Notes: a model not told the origin generated them from the letters alone. Shown: positions 1 through 10,396, counted from the stretch's first letter. The stretch is DNA of 64,000 nucleotides from an uncultured Solirubrobacterales bacterium (GCA_963817275.1 CAWFOA010000008.1:101454-165453), one strand, 5' to 3'. Program-made: numbers and translations.

Positions 1-2572
1 CGGCGAAGCGAGCGAACGGCAGGACCGCCTCCTTGACGCTGATGTGGGTCGGCGCCTCTCGTCGGCAGGGCCTGGTCCGCGAGCGACTCGCCGAGCATCA
101 GACGACATGCGATCTTGGCGAGCGGCGCCCCGGTCGCCTTGCTGACGAAGGGGACCGTGCGCGAGGCCCTCGGGTTCGCCTCGATCACGTAGAGCTCGCC
201 GTCGGCGACGGCGTACTGCACGTTGATCAGGCCGATCACGCCAAGCTCCAGCGCGATCTTGCGCGTGGTCTCGCGGATCTCGTCGAGCATCTCCTCACCG
301 AGGCTCATCGGGGGGATCACGCAGGCCGAGTCGCCCGAGTGGACCCCCGCCTCCTCGACGTGCTGCATCACCCCGGCGACAAAGCACTGATCGCCGTCGG
401 CGAGCGCATCGACGTCGACCTCGATCGCGTTCTCGAGGAAACGATCCAGCAGCAGCGGGTGCTCCTGGTCGGCCCTCACATTGGCGTCCAGGTAGTTCCC
501 CGAGTGTCTCCGCGTCGTAACAGATCTCCATTGCGCGGCCGCCGAGGACGTAGGACGGCCGGACGAGCAGCGGGAAGCCGACATCCTCCGAGATCGCCAC
601 CGCCTCCTCCGCCGAGAGCGCGGTCCCGTAGGGCGGGTGCTTGATCTCGAGGCGTCGCAGGAGCGCGCCGAACCGGCCGCGGTCCTCGGCGAGGTCGATC
701 GCGTCCACCGGGGTGCCGAGCAGCGGAACACCCGCCTCCTCCAGGGACTTCGCCAGCCGCAGCGGCGTCTGCCCGCCGAACTGGACGATCACCCCCTCCG
801 GGCGCTCGATCTCGCAGACGGCGAGCACGTCCTCCTCGGTGAGCGGCTCGAAGTAGAGGCGGTCCGAGGTGTCGTAGTCGGTGGAGACGGTCTCGGGGTT
901 GCAGTTGATCATCACCGCGTCGCGGTCGAGCTCCCGGGCGGTCATCGCGGCGTGCACGCAGCAGTAGTCGAACTCGATCCCCTGCCCGATCCGGTTCGGG
1001 CCGGAGCCGAGGATGACGACGGAAGGACGTTCGCCCCGCTCCACCTCCCCCGCCGAGCCGTTGGCCGACGCGCGCTCGTGGGCGGAGTAGAAGTAGGGCG
1101 TGCGCGCCTCGAACTCGGCCGCGCAGGTGTCCACTGATCGATACGTGCGCTCGAGGCCCTCGGTCCCGTCGCCCTCGGTCGCCAGCTCCCTCAGCTCCCG
1201 CAGGAACCAGGGGTCGATCATCGTCGCCTCCTGGATCCGCTCGAGCTCCACGCCGCGCTCGAAGCCTGCGGCGATCAGGTCGAAGCGGTCGGGAGACGGG
1301 GTCGCGAGCCGCTCCAGCAGCTCGCCCGTCGACGCCGGGATGTCCGCCTCGGTGTCCAGCTCGCGCGAGCGCATCGCCTTGGCGAATGACTCGCGGAAGG
1401 TCCGCCCGATCGCCATCGCCTCGCCGACGGACTTCATGTGGGTGGAGAGCCGGCCCTCGGCGCCCGGGAACTTCTCGAAGGCGAAGCGGGGCACCTTGGT
1501 GACGACGTAGTCGATCGTCGGCTCGAAGGAGGCCGGCGTCGCCATCGTGATGTCGTTGGGGATCTCCTCCAGCGCGTAGCCGACAGCGAGCTTTGCCGCC
1601 ATCTTCGCGATCGGGAATCCGGTGGCCTTCGAGGCAAGCGCCGAGGACCGCGAGACGCGGGGGTTCATCTCGATGACCACCACCTCGCCGGTCTCCGGGC
1701 TGACCGCGAACTGGATGTTCGACCCGCCGGTCTCGACCCCGACCGCTCGGATCACGCGGATCGCCTGGTCGCGGAGCTCCTGGTAGAGCGAGTCGGTGAG
1801 CGTCTGGGCGGGCGCGATCGTCACCGAGTCGCCCGTGTGGACGCCCATCGGGTCGACGTTCTCGATCGAGCAGATGATCACGACGTTGTCGTTGCGGTCG
1901 CGCATCACCTCGAGCTCGAACTCGCCCCAGCCGAGCACCGACTCCTCGACCAGCACCTGGTTGATCGGACTGGCGGCCAGGCCCTCGGAGACGACCTGGG
2001 CCAGCTCGGTCTCGGTGTTGCCGACGCCGCCACCGTGGCCGCCGAGGGTGAAGGCGGGCCGGACGATCGCGGGCAGGCTGATCGAGCCGTCAGCGATACC
2101 GGTCTCGGCCTGCGCGACCGAGGTGACGATCTGCGACCACGGGCACTCGGAGACCGGCTTCCTCCATCGTGGTCCGGAAGGCCTCGCGATCCTCGGCCCG
2201 GTGGATCGCCTCGTAGTTGGCCCCGATCAGCTCGACGTCGAAGCGCTCCAGCGTGCCGTCGTCGTGGAGCGCCTTCGCCAGGTTGAGGGCGGTCTGTCCG
2301 CCCAGGGTCGGAAGCAGGGCGTCCGGTCGCTCGCGCTCGATCACCTTCGCGACCGGGCCGGGCAGCAGCGGCTCTATGTAGGTGCGGTCGGCGAACTCGG
2401 GGTCGGTCATGATCGTGGCGGGGTTGGAGTTGACGAGCACGACCTCGTAGTCCTCCTCGAGCAGCACCTTGCAGGCCTGCACGCCCGAGTAGTCGAACTC
2501 GGCCGCCTGTCCGATCACGATCGGCCCGGAGCCGATCAGCAGGATCTTCTGGATGTCGCTACGCCGCGGCAA
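1..2572 (-). pseudogene. carB: Carbamoyl-phosphate synthase large subunit. The reading frame is interrupted three times as sequenced, and the 3' end lies beyond the window.
   Basis: The N-terminus [30 protein letters not shown] lies in the 2090-2572 frame. The central part ([14 protein letters not shown]...[19 protein letters not shown]) lies in the 295-1956 frame. The C-terminal [20 protein letters not shown]...[20 protein letters not shown] is readable only in another frame below about 500. Frame changes occur near 2142, 500 and 55, and the first two fall in short G/C runs. The gene overlaps carA by 14 nt. Confidence 0.85.
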
Positions 2573-3671
2573 GCTCGAGGAACCGATCGAAGAGGTAGCG
2601 GGCGTCGTGCGGGCCGGGGCCGGCCTCGGGGTGGTACTGCACCGTGCAGCCGGGAACGTCCTTCAATACCAGCCCCTCGACGGTGCGGTCGTAGAGATTG
2701 AGGTGGGAGAGCTCGGCCTCGCCGAAGTCCGTCTGCCAGCGGACCGGCTCGTCGCCGTCGATCGTCCGGTCCCCTGATGGACCGAGGACGGCAAAGCCGT
2801 GGTTCTGCGAGGTGATGTCGATCCGCCCGGTCTCCAGGTCCTTGACCGGGTGGTTGGCGCCGCGGTGGCCGAACGGGAGCTTGAAGGTCTCCAGGCCGAC
2901 CGCCCTGCAGAGCAGCTGGTGGCCGAGGCAGATCCCGACGACGGGCACCTTGCCGACGACGTCGCGGACGTTCTCGACCACGTAGTCGAGGGCGGCGGGG
3001 TCGCCCGGCCCGTTGGCGAGGAAGACCAGATCGGGGTCGCGTGCGAGCACCTCCTCGGCCGAGGTGTCGCAGGGCAGCAGTGTCACCCGGCAGCCGCGCT
3101 CCTTGAGCTGGCGGATGATCGAGAGCTTGATGCCTGTGTCGATCCCCACGACGTGCGGACCATCACCGTCGATCTCCACCGGCTCGGGCGGCGTCACCCG
3201 GCGAGCGAAGTCCGCGCCCTCCATCGAAGGCTCTGCCCCGACCCGCTCCCGTGCCTCGGGCTCCGCGAGCTCAGCAGGGAAGATCCCGCCCCGCATCGCA
3301 CCCTTGTCGCGGATGTGGCGAACGAGGGCGCGGGTGTCGATCCCGCCGATCGCGGGCACGCCGCAGTCACGGAGCCAGTCGAGCCAGCCGCCCTCGGCGG
3401 TGGCGACGTCCTCGCCGTTCTTGCCCTCCCGCATGATCACGCCGCGGGCATGGACCCTCTCCGACTCCATCGCGTCGCCCGAGACTCCGTAGTTGCCGAT
3501 CAGGGGGTACGTGAAGGTGATGATCTGGCCGCCATAGGAGGGATCGGTGACCGCCTCCTGGTAGCCGGTCATCGAGGTGTTGAAGACCACCTCGCCGGTG
3601 ATCTCACCGCCGGAGCCGAGCAGCTCGCCGTCGAGGCGAGTGCCGTCCTCGAGCAGGACATAGCCGCTCAT
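2559..3671 (-). CDS. carA: Carbamoyl-phosphate synthase small (glutaminase) subunit
   Basis: 370 aa. The sequence [15 protein letters not shown]...[10 protein letters not shown]...GICLGHQLL contains the class-I amidotransferase Cys motif. The gene lies immediately upstream of carB. Confidence 0.95.
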   Translation of the reverse strand: MSGYVLLEDGTRLDGELLGSGGEITGEVVFNTSMTGYQEAVTDPSYGGQIITFTYPLIGNYGVSGDAMESERVHARGVIMREGKNGEDVATAEGGWLDWLRDCGVPAIGGIDTRALVRHIRDKGAMRGGIFPAELAEPEARERVGAEPSMEGADFARRVTPPEPVEIDGDGPHVVGIDTGIKLSIIRQLKERGCRVTLLPCDTSAEEVLARDPDLVFLANGPGDPAALDYVVENVRDVVGKVPVVGICLGHQLLCRAVGLETFKLPFGHRGANHPVKDLETGRIDITSQNHGFAVLGPSGDRTIDGDEPVRWQTDFGEAELSHLNLYDRTVEGLVLKDVPGCTVQYHPEAGPGPHDARYLFDRFLELAAA

Positions 3672-4237
3672 GCGACCGCCTCCGGATTGGGCGCATAGTC
3701 GAGGATCAGCTTCTGGACTCGCTTGAACTCGTCGGTGCCCGCGCCACCGAGAAGCTCGAACAGCGCCGCCTCGACGCTGGTGAGAATCGCGCCCGCCCGC
3801 TCCATCTTGTGCAGGCCGACCCGCTTGTTCTCTTCGGTGCGAGAGCCGACCCCGTCGAGGGGCACCTGGACCTCAACCCCAGCCTCGAGCAGGTCAATGG
3901 CGGTCTGGCTGACGCAGACGTGGCTCTCGATCCCGCAGACGAGCGCCTGATCGCGACCGCCCAGGTCGAAGCCGTCGGCCTCGGCGGCGGAGAAGCGGAC
4001 CTTCTCGAGCGGCTCGGTCCCATCCGGCAGGAACTCAGCCACCTCGGGCGCTGTCTCCCCCAGTCTCTTCGGGTACTGCTCGGTGACCACAATCGGGACA
4101 TCGAGCACCTCGGCGCCTTCCACCAACGTCGCCGTGGCTTTCGCGATCCGCTCGAAGTCGGGAATCGCCTTGCGGAAGCCCTCCTGGACGTCTACGACAA
4201 CCAGGGTGGTCCGGCCGGGTTGGAGCTTGGCGGTCAA
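3668..4237 (-). CDS. Isochorismatase-family cysteine hydrolase embedded in the pyr operon
   Basis: 189 aa. It has the VVVDVQEGF and GIESHVCVSQTA motifs typical of the isochorismatase/nicotinamidase fold. It shares 4-nt overlaps with both pyrC and carA. Confidence 0.75.
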   Translation of the reverse strand: MTAKLQPGRTTLVVVDVQEGFRKAIPDFERIAKATATLVEGAEVLDVPIVVTEQYPKRLGETAPEVAEFLPDGTEPLEKVRFSAAEADGFDLGGRDQALVCGIESHVCVSQTAIDLLEAGVEVQVPLDGVGSRTEENKRVGLHKMERAGAILTSVEAALFELLGGAGTDEFKRVQKLILDYAPNPEAVA

Positions 4238-5613
4238 GAGGCGACCCCGAGCGCAAAGCTCCGCTGGCGGAAGGCGACGCGGCCGGCCGCGACGGTCATC
4301 AGGACGCGGCCGGTCAGCTCCCGGCCTCCGAAACAGTTGTTGTAAGAGCGGCTCTCGTAGCCGTCCTCACCGACCGTCCAGGTGAGCTCCGGATCGACCA
4401 GGGTGACGTTCGCCGCCGCGCCCGCCTCGAGGCGCGGCGCCTCGATGCCGAAGGGCTCGCCGCCACAGGTCATCCGCTCAACGAGCAGCTCGAGGGGAAG
4501 CACCCCCGGCAGCACGAGATCGGTGTAGAGCGCGGCGAACGCGGTCTCCAGCCCCGTGACGCCCCACGCGGCCTCTTCGAAGGGCACCTCCTTTTCCTCG
4601 GCGGCGTGCGGCGCGTGGTCGGTGGCGACGCAGTCGATCGTCCCGTCGCGGAGGCCGTCGATCAGAGCCTGGCGGTCGTCCTCCGTCCTGAGCGGGGGAT
4701 TCATCTTGAAGCGAGCGTCGAGGCTGCGGACCGCCTCATCGGTGAGCGTCAGGTGATGCGGGCTTGCCTCGCAGGTGACCTGAACGCCGGCCGCCTTGGC
4801 TCGCGCGATCTCCTCCACCGAGACTCGCGCCGAGAGATGCTGGACGTGGATCCTCGCCCCCTCATATAGGGCCAGCGAGCAATTGCGGGCGATCATCGTT
4901 GACTCCGAGACCGCCGGGACCCCGGCCATCCCGAGCGCAGCGGAGACCTCCCCCTCGTTCATAACGCCGCCGGCGGAGAGATCGGGGTCCTCCTCGTGGA
5001 GGGCGATCACGCCGCCGGCCAGGCGCTGGTACTGGAGCGCGCGCCGCAGGACCCTTGCGTTGGCGATCGGCAGCCCGTCGTCGGAGAAGCCGATCGCGCC
5101 CGCGTCCCAGAGCTCGGCCATCTCGGTGAGCTCCTGGCCGGCCATCCCGCGGGTGACGTTGGCGACGAAGCCGACGGGGATCGATGCCTCGCGTGCGGCT
5201 CGGTCGCGCACGGAGCCGAGCACGGCGGCCGAGTCGATCGGCGGCGAGGTGTTGGCCATTGCGATCACCGCGCAGTAGCCGCCGGCCGCTGCGGAACGGG
5301 TGCCGGTCTCGAGGTCCTCCTTGTGCTCCTGGCCGGGCACCCGGAAGTGGACGTGCGGATCGACGAAGGCCGGCAGAGCGAGGAGGCCCTCTCCCTCGAC
5401 GACCTCGGCGCCCTCGATCTCGGGCGCGCCGCCGGGCTCCGCGATCTCTGCGATCTCGCCGTCCCGCACGACCAGGTCGCGGACGGCGTCGAGATCGCTC
5501 CTCGGATCGAAGAGGCGAGCTCCGCGGACGATCAGGTTGGCGCCCGGCCCCGGTCGGGCGACCAGCTTCGGCGCGTCGGCACCCCGCTTGGATCCGTTTG
5601 CTGCGACGTTCAT
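4234..5613 (-). CDS. pyrC: Dihydroorotase
   Basis: 459 aa. It carries the amidohydrolase metal motif FVDPHVHFRVPG and ATDHAPH. Its position between pyrB and carA fits the call. Confidence 0.9.
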   Translation of the reverse strand: MNVAANGSKRGADAPKLVARPGPGANLIVRGARLFDPRSDLDAVRDLVVRDGEIAEIAEPGGAPEIEGAEVVEGEGLLALPAFVDPHVHFRVPGQEHKEDLETGTRSAAAGGYCAVIAMANTSPPIDSAAVLGSVRDRAAREASIPVGFVANVTRGMAGQELTEMAELWDAGAIGFSDDGLPIANARVLRRALQYQRLAGGVIALHEEDPDLSAGGVMNEGEVSAALGMAGVPAVSESTMIARNCSLALYEGARIHVQHLSARVSVEEIARAKAAGVQVTCEASPHHLTLTDEAVRSLDARFKMNPPLRTEDDRQALIDGLRDGTIDCVATDHAPHAAEEKEVPFEEAAWGVTGLETAFAALYTDLVLPGVLPLELLVERMTCGGEPFGIEAPRLEAGAAANVTLVDPELTWTVGEDGYESRSYNNCFGGRELTGRVLMTVAAGRVAFRQRSFALGVAS

Positions 5614-6569
5614 GCCGGCTGCCCGATCGTCGGCGGGTCGGCCGGTGCCGGACCGCGCTCGGGCCGCGCCCGGTCGGTGCCCGCCAGCAGCTCGTAGAGG
5701 ATCGCCATCCTGACGACCAGGCCGCTCTCCACCTGGGCGGTGATCAGCGACTGGGGCGAGTCGATCACCTCGGGCGCGAGCTCGACGCCGCGGTTGACCG
5801 GCCCGGGATGCATGAGCAGCTGCCGCGGCCCGAGGCGGCGCGAATCGATCTGGTAGCGCGAGGCGTACTCGCGCAGCGAGGGGACGAAGCTCTCGCTCAT
5901 CCGCTCGCGCTGCATGCGGAGGGCGTAGACCACGTCCGCCTCACTCAGGTCGTCGAGGTCGTAGGAGATGGCGCAGCCGAGAGCCTCGATCCCGCGCGGG
6001 ATCAGGGTCGGCGGCCCGCAGAGCGTCACCTTCGCGCCCATCTTCTGGAAGGCGAGCAGGCAGGAGCGGGCGACCCGGCTGTGGAGGACGTCGCCGACGA
6101 TCCAGATGTTGGTGCCCTCCAGCGAGTCGAAGCGCTGGCGAAGCGTGAAGACGTCGAGCAGCGCCTGCGTCGGATGCTCGTGCTTGCCGTCGCCGGCGTT
6201 GATCACCGAGGCCTCCGTCCAGCGGGCCACCAGGTCCGCGGCGCCGGCATGCGGCGAACGGATCACGATCGCCGCCGGGTCGTATGCCGAGAGCGTCGCG
6301 ACGGTGTCCTTCAGCGACTCGCCCTTGTCGACGGAGGAACCTGCGGACTTGACGCTGACCACGTCCGCGGAGAGGCGCTTGGCTGCAAGCTCGAACGAGG
6401 AGAGCGTCCGCGTGCTCGCCTCGTAGAAGAGGTTGACGATGGTGCGGCCTCGGAGGGTTGGCACCTTCTTGATGTCGCGCCGGCCGACCTCGGCGAAGCT
6501 CGCGGCGCGCTCGAGGATGCGATCCATCTCCTCCCGCGAGAGCTGGTCCACTCCGAGCAGGTGCTTCAT
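5610..6569 (-). CDS. pyrB: Aspartate carbamoyltransferase catalytic subunit
   Basis: 319 aa. It contains the STRT motif (FYEASTRTLSSFE) and HPTQALLD and HPGP motifs. Confidence 0.95.
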   Translation of the reverse strand: MKHLLGVDQLSREEMDRILERAASFAEVGRRDIKKVPTLRGRTIVNLFYEASTRTLSSFELAAKRLSADVVSVKSAGSSVDKGESLKDTVATLSAYDPAAIVIRSPHAGAADLVARWTEASVINAGDGKHEHPTQALLDVFTLRQRFDSLEGTNIWIVGDVLHSRVARSCLLAFQKMGAKVTLCGPPTLIPRGIEALGCAISYDLDDLSEADVVYALRMQRERMSESFVPSLREYASRYQIDSRRLGPRQLLMHPGPVNRGVELAPEVIDSPQSLITAQVESGLVVRMAILYELLAGTDRARPERGPAPADPPTIGQPA

Positions 6570-7132
6570 GCGTCCTCCTTCACCGTCGCCTGGGCAGGCG
6601 TGATCGCGACCTCGTCCTTGCCGTCGGTCTCCTCGAGCCGGACGTTCACCCGCTCGCCGGGCGCGGTCGGCAGGTTCTTGCCGACGTAGTCGGGGCGGAT
6701 CGGCAGCTCGCGATGGCCGCGGTCCGCCAGGACCGCCAGCTGAACCCGGGCCGGGCGGCCGTAGTCGAAGAGGGCGTCGATCGCGGCGCGCACCGTGCGG
6801 CCCGTGTAGAGGACGTCGTCCACCAGGACGATCGTCCGGCCGGCCAGGTCGAAGTCGAGGTGGGAGTCGTGGACGACCGGCGCGTCGCGCGGCTCGCGGC
6901 GCTCGATGTCGTCGCGGTAGAAGGAGATATCGAGGTCGCCGAGCGGGACCTCCGCGCCGGAGAGCTCACCGACCAGGGCATGCAGGCGGCGGCAGATGAC
7001 GGCGCCGCGCGTGTGAATGCCGACCAGCGCCAGCCGGTCCGAGTCCTCGTTCTTCTCGACGATCTCGTGGGCGATACGGACAAGCGTCCGCCGTAGATCG
7101 TCGTGGTCGAGCACGACCTTCTCGTCGCTCAT
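6566..7132 (-). CDS. pyrR: Bifunctional pyrimidine operon regulator and uracil phosphoribosyltransferase
   Basis: 188 aa. It has the PRPP-binding loop IVLVDDVLYTGRT and is the first gene of the pyr operon. Confidence 0.9.
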   Translation of the reverse strand: MSDEKVVLDHDDLRRTLVRIAHEIVEKNEDSDRLALVGIHTRGAVICRRLHALVGELSGAEVPLGDLDISFYRDDIERREPRDAPVVHDSHLDFDLAGRTIVLVDDVLYTGRTVRAAIDALFDYGRPARVQLAVLADRGHRELPIRPDYVGKNLPTAPGERVNVRLEETDGKDEVAITPAQATVKEDA

Positions 7133-7136
7133 GCTG

Positions 7137-7172
7137 CTCCTTCCTGGCCTCGCGGGACCGGGTTAAAGGGGC
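7137..7172 (-). promoter_or_regulatory. Putative PyrR-binding RNA hairpin that overlaps the pyrR ribosome-binding site
   Basis: The minus-strand leader reads CCCUUUAACCCGGUCCCGCGAGGCCAGGAAGGAGCAGCAUG. This resembles the PyrR-binding consensus as I recall it (UUUAA..GGUCCnGAGAGGC..AAGGA). The 3' arm contains the GGAAGGAG Shine-Dalgarno sequence. Confidence 0.55.
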
Positions 7173-7240
7173 TTGCTGCGCCAGCGTAGCAGCGACCCCA
7201 GACCGCGATGGGGCGCGAACCCGCAATGCGCGGCGATCTC

Positions 7241-8224
7241 TCAGTCGCCGGCGGGAGCTGCTTCGGCCCTGGGCTCGGGCCGCTGCTTCGCGCCCTCGTG
7301 GATCAGCTCCGGGTCCCCGCGCTCCGGGAATGGGATCTCGACGAGATCGAAGTCCCGCGGGGCGACCGTGTTCGCGAACGCGTCGCGCGCCTCGCCGAGC
7401 ACGGCCGAGATGTTGTAGCGCGAGGAGACGTGGACGATCGCCAGCATCCCGACCTCCGCGTCGGCCGCGAGCTGGGCGGCGTCGCGCGCGGTGGAATGGC
7501 CGGTCTCCGCCGCTCGGGCGGACTCCTCCACGGCGAAGGTCCCGTCATGGACCAGGAGCTGGGCGGCGTGAGCCGCGATCCGGGTCATCTCGCACGGTGA
7601 GGTGTCGCCGGTGATCACCACCTTGCGGCCGGGCCTCGGATCGCCCATCACCTGGTCCGGGCGAACCTCAGACCCATCAATGGAGATCGTCTCCCCTCGC
7701 TGCAGGCGCCCGAAGTCGCGGTCGTCGGCGATCCCGAGCCCGCGAGCCGCGTCGACGTCGAAGCGCCCGGGGCGCTCGGGCTCGACGTACGCGTAGCCGA
7801 GCGCCTTCATCCGGTGCTCGACCTCAAAGGCGCTGATCTCGAAGCCGTCGTGCTCGACCCCCTCCCCCGGCTCGAGCTCGACCAGCTCGACCTCGTAGCG
7901 GAGGCGACCGAAGATCCGGCGCAGCGCCTCGAACAGGCCGTGCAGGCCCGCGGGCCCGACGATCCGCAGCGGCGCCTGGCGCTCCATGAGGTCATAGGTC
8001 TTGAGCAGCCCGGGCAGCCCCAGGTAGTGATCGGCGTGGAAATGCGTGATGTAGATGTCGTCGACCTGGACGAGCCCGGTCGAGTTGATCATCTGGCGCT
8101 GGGCCCCTTCGCCGCAGTCGACCAGGACTCGGGCACCGCCCGCCCGGATCAGAACGCAGGCGGTCGCCCTCCGCGCCGAGGGCACGGAGCCGCCGGTGCC
8201 CAGGAAGACGACGGAGAGATCCAT
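7241..8224 (-). CDS. rnz: Ribonuclease Z or a related MBL-fold hydrolase
   Basis: 327 aa. The N-terminus MDLSVVFLGTGGSVP and the HFHADHYLGLPGLL metallo-beta-lactamase motif support the call. Confidence 0.75.
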   Translation of the reverse strand: MDLSVVFLGTGGSVPSARRATACVLIRAGGARVLVDCGEGAQRQMINSTGLVQVDDIYITHFHADHYLGLPGLLKTYDLMERQAPLRIVGPAGLHGLFEALRRIFGRLRYEVELVELEPGEGVEHDGFEISAFEVEHRMKALGYAYVEPERPGRFDVDAARGLGIADDRDFGRLQRGETISIDGSEVRPDQVMGDPRPGRKVVITGDTSPCEMTRIAAHAAQLLVHDGTFAVEESARAAETGHSTARDAAQLAADAEVGMLAIVHVSSRYNISAVLGEARDAFANTVAPRDFDLVEIPFPERGDPELIHEGAKQRPEPRAEAAPAGD

Positions 8225-8295
8225 GACGCGCCAAGCCTAGGGGCGCCAGGCGGCATGTGATGCTCGCCCGGTTGCGACCTACACTTCGCCGCCGA

Positions 8296-8369
8296 GCGCC
8301 CGTAGCTCAGCTGGATAGAGCGTCCGCCTCCGGAGCGGAAGGTCACAGGTTCGAATCCTGTCGGGCGCG
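8296..8369 (+). tRNA. tRNA-Arg (anticodon CCG)
   Basis: I folded it by hand into a cloverleaf. The acceptor stem is GCGCCCG/CGGGCGC, the D arm GCTC..GAGC, the anticodon stem TCCGC/GCGGA with loop CTCCGGA, and the T arm ACAGG TTCGAAT CCTGT. No CCA is encoded. Confidence 0.9.
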
Positions 8370-8485
8370 CTTCGCCGCTGATCTCATGTCCGTGGTCAAC
8401 GCGGAGCCGAAATCGGCCTTCCGCACTGACGAGTTCTTGCCCTGCGGTGTGATGCTCGACGGCACCTGAACAAGGAGGTTCAGCC

Positions 8486-9526
8486 ATGAAGCGTGTCGTC
8501 GTCGACCGCTACGGGGGGCCCGAGGTCTTGAACGTGGTGGAGGAGGACGCCCCCCGACCAGGGCCCGGTGAGGTGCGCGTCAGGGTCCTGGCTGCCGGGG
8601 TGTCGTTCACCGACGCGCAGATCCGCGCCGGCACGTACATGGGCGGCCCCAAGCCGCCATTCACCCCCGGCTACGAGCTCGTCGGCATCGTCGAGCAGCT
8701 CGGTCCTGGCTGCCGGAGGCTGCGTGAGGGGGACCGGGTCGGCGTTCTGACTGTGTATGGGGCCGATGCCGAGCGGGTCTGCGCAGAGGAGAAGTACGCG
8801 GTCGCGGTGCCTGAGGACCTCGACCCGGCCGAGGTGGTCAGCCTGATCTTCCCGTACATGACGGCGTACCAGATGCTCCACCGCACGGCGAGGGTGACCA
8901 GCGGCGAGAGGGTGCTGATTCATGGTGCGGCCGGCAGAGTTGGCACGGCGGCGCTCGAGCTGGGAGCCGTGGCAGGACTGCGCATGATCGGGACCTGTTC
9001 GGCACATGACAAAGAGGCGGTCGAGCGACTCGGCGCGGTGGCAATCGACTACCGCAATGAGGACTTCCTGGCCCGGGTGCGGAACCTGACTGACGGCGAA
9101 GGTGTCGACGTTGTGCTCGACGGGATCGGCGGCAAGGTGGCGCTGCGCTCTTTTCGCGCGTTGCGGAAGGGCGATCAGATCACGGGTGACCCCGGTGGGC
9201 GGCTTGTGACGATGGGCGCCTACAACACGCTCGTGCAGGGCAAGAAGAGCTGGCGAGCCTGGTTCGAGTGGTGGCCAGCGATGGCGGCCACATGGATCTG
9301 GGGCACGCTCTCGTCCCGGCGGCGGGTCTCGGGATACCGAGTCCAGATCCTGCGGATCCCCCACCAGGACTGGTTCGCCGAGGACTTCCAGGTGTTGCTC
9401 GAACTGCTGCGCGAGGACAAGATCCACCCGGTCGTGGCCGAGCGCCTGCCGTTCTCCGAGGCTCGTCGCGCTCACGAGATGCTTGAGAGCACGGCGGCCA
9501 AGGGCAAGCTCGTGCTTGTGCCATGA
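8486..9526 (+). CDS. Zinc-type alcohol dehydrogenase or quinone oxidoreductase family protein (MDR superfamily)
   Basis: 346 aa. It has the GEVRVRVLAAGVSFTD and PGYELVGIVEQLG motifs and the nucleotide-binding VLIHGAAGRVG motif. An AGGAGG ribosome-binding site lies upstream. Confidence 0.8.
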   Translation: MKRVVVDRYGGPEVLNVVEEDAPRPGPGEVRVRVLAAGVSFTDAQIRAGTYMGGPKPPFTPGYELVGIVEQLGPGCRRLREGDRVGVLTVYGADAERVCAEEKYAVAVPEDLDPAEVVSLIFPYMTAYQMLHRTARVTSGERVLIHGAAGRVGTAALELGAVAGLRMIGTCSAHDKEAVERLGAVAIDYRNEDFLARVRNLTDGEGVDVVLDGIGGKVALRSFRALRKGDQITGDPGGRLVTMGAYNTLVQGKKSWRAWFEWWPAMAATWIWGTLSSRRRVSGYRVQILRIPHQDWFAEDFQVLLELLREDKIHPVVAERLPFSEARRAHEMLESTAAKGKLVLVP

Positions 9527-9564
9527 CCGGCGAGGAGTCGAACAGCGCGCCGTGCTCCCCGGGC

Positions 9565-10032
9565 TCAGACGATGCAGACGTTGCTCACGTGCAGCTCGAC
9601 GTGGGCGAAGTGGTGGCGGCGCACCTGGACGCGTGTCGTCTCACCCTGCATGCAGGGCGCGACGATCGCGGCACTCTGCGCCTCGGCCAGAGGGCACATC
9701 ATCCCCGGCTGACAGGGCGGCGGCTCGGGGTTGGGCGGCACGGAGCTGACGTCGTAGAGGCCCCGCTTCAGCCTGATCCGGAAGTGGCCGTCGCCGGTCG
9801 CCTGGATCGCCACCTGCTGGCCGTCACTCGCGCGCTGCACGGTGATCGTGACGGCGCCGGTGTAGACCGGCTCGGGCGGCGGCGGGTCCATGCAGGCGCC
9901 GGCGCAGGAGCTGTTCAGCACCACGCCCTCCACGCCCGAATGCTTGTGGCTGTGGCGCTTCTTCGCATCCGCGGGCGCAACGAACAGCGCGATCGCGCCG
10001 ATCAAAGCCAGCGCTGTGACCACCTTGCGCAC
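9565..10032 (-). CDS. Secreted hypothetical protein, Cys- and Pro-rich
   Basis: 155 aa. It has the signal-like N-terminus MRKVVTALALIGAIALFVAPADA, a central beta-rich segment and Pro-rich linkers. I recognise no family. Confidence 0.5.
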   Translation of the reverse strand: MRKVVTALALIGAIALFVAPADAKKRHSHKHSGVEGVVLNSSCAGACMDPPPPEPVYTGAVTITVQRASDGQQVAIQATGDGHFRIRLKRGLYDVSSVPPNPEPPPCQPGMMCPLAEAQSAAIVAPCMQGETTRVQVRRHHFAHVELHVSNVCIV

Positions 10033-10079
10033 GGACCCTCCTTACCCGCTGGGACGCCCGGCGAACCGCGCGAGTGGCG

Positions 10080-10352
10080 TCAGCCGCCGGCGACGGCCGG
10101 GAGGATCGTGACCTCGTCGCCCTCGTTGACGGCGGTGTCGAGGCCGTCCTGGAAGCGAATGTCCTCGCCCGAGACGTAGACGTTGACGAACCGGCGCAGG
10201 TCGCCGTCCTGGGTGATGCGCTCGCGGAGACCGTCGTGCTGGTCGAAGACGGCGTCCAGTGCCTCGCCCACCGTGGTGCCCTCGACCTCGAGCTCGCCCT
10301 CGCCGCCGGTGGCGGCGCGGAGCTGCGCGGGGATCTTCACCGTGATGCTCAT
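10080..10352 (-). CDS. MoaD/ThiS-family sulfur-carrier protein with a C-terminal Gly-Gly
   Basis: 90 aa ending in ...VTILPAVAGG followed directly by the stop codon. It lies 44 nt downstream of the ThrC-like gene on the same strand. Confidence 0.8.
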   Translation of the reverse strand: MSITVKIPAQLRAATGGEGELEVEGTTVGEALDAVFDQHDGLRERITQDGDLRRFVNVYVSGEDIRFQDGLDTAVNEGDEVTILPAVAGG

Positions 10353-10396
10353 CGTCGGGCGGAGATCTTAGTCATCGCTCCCCCAGGGCGGCATCC

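Noticed and set aside
8225-8485. The tRNA-Arg flanks as a possible genomic-island integration site
   Set aside because: There is no integrase, no direct repeat of the tRNA 3' end that I could find, and no compositional shift. The downstream genes are ordinary metabolic or hypothetical genes.
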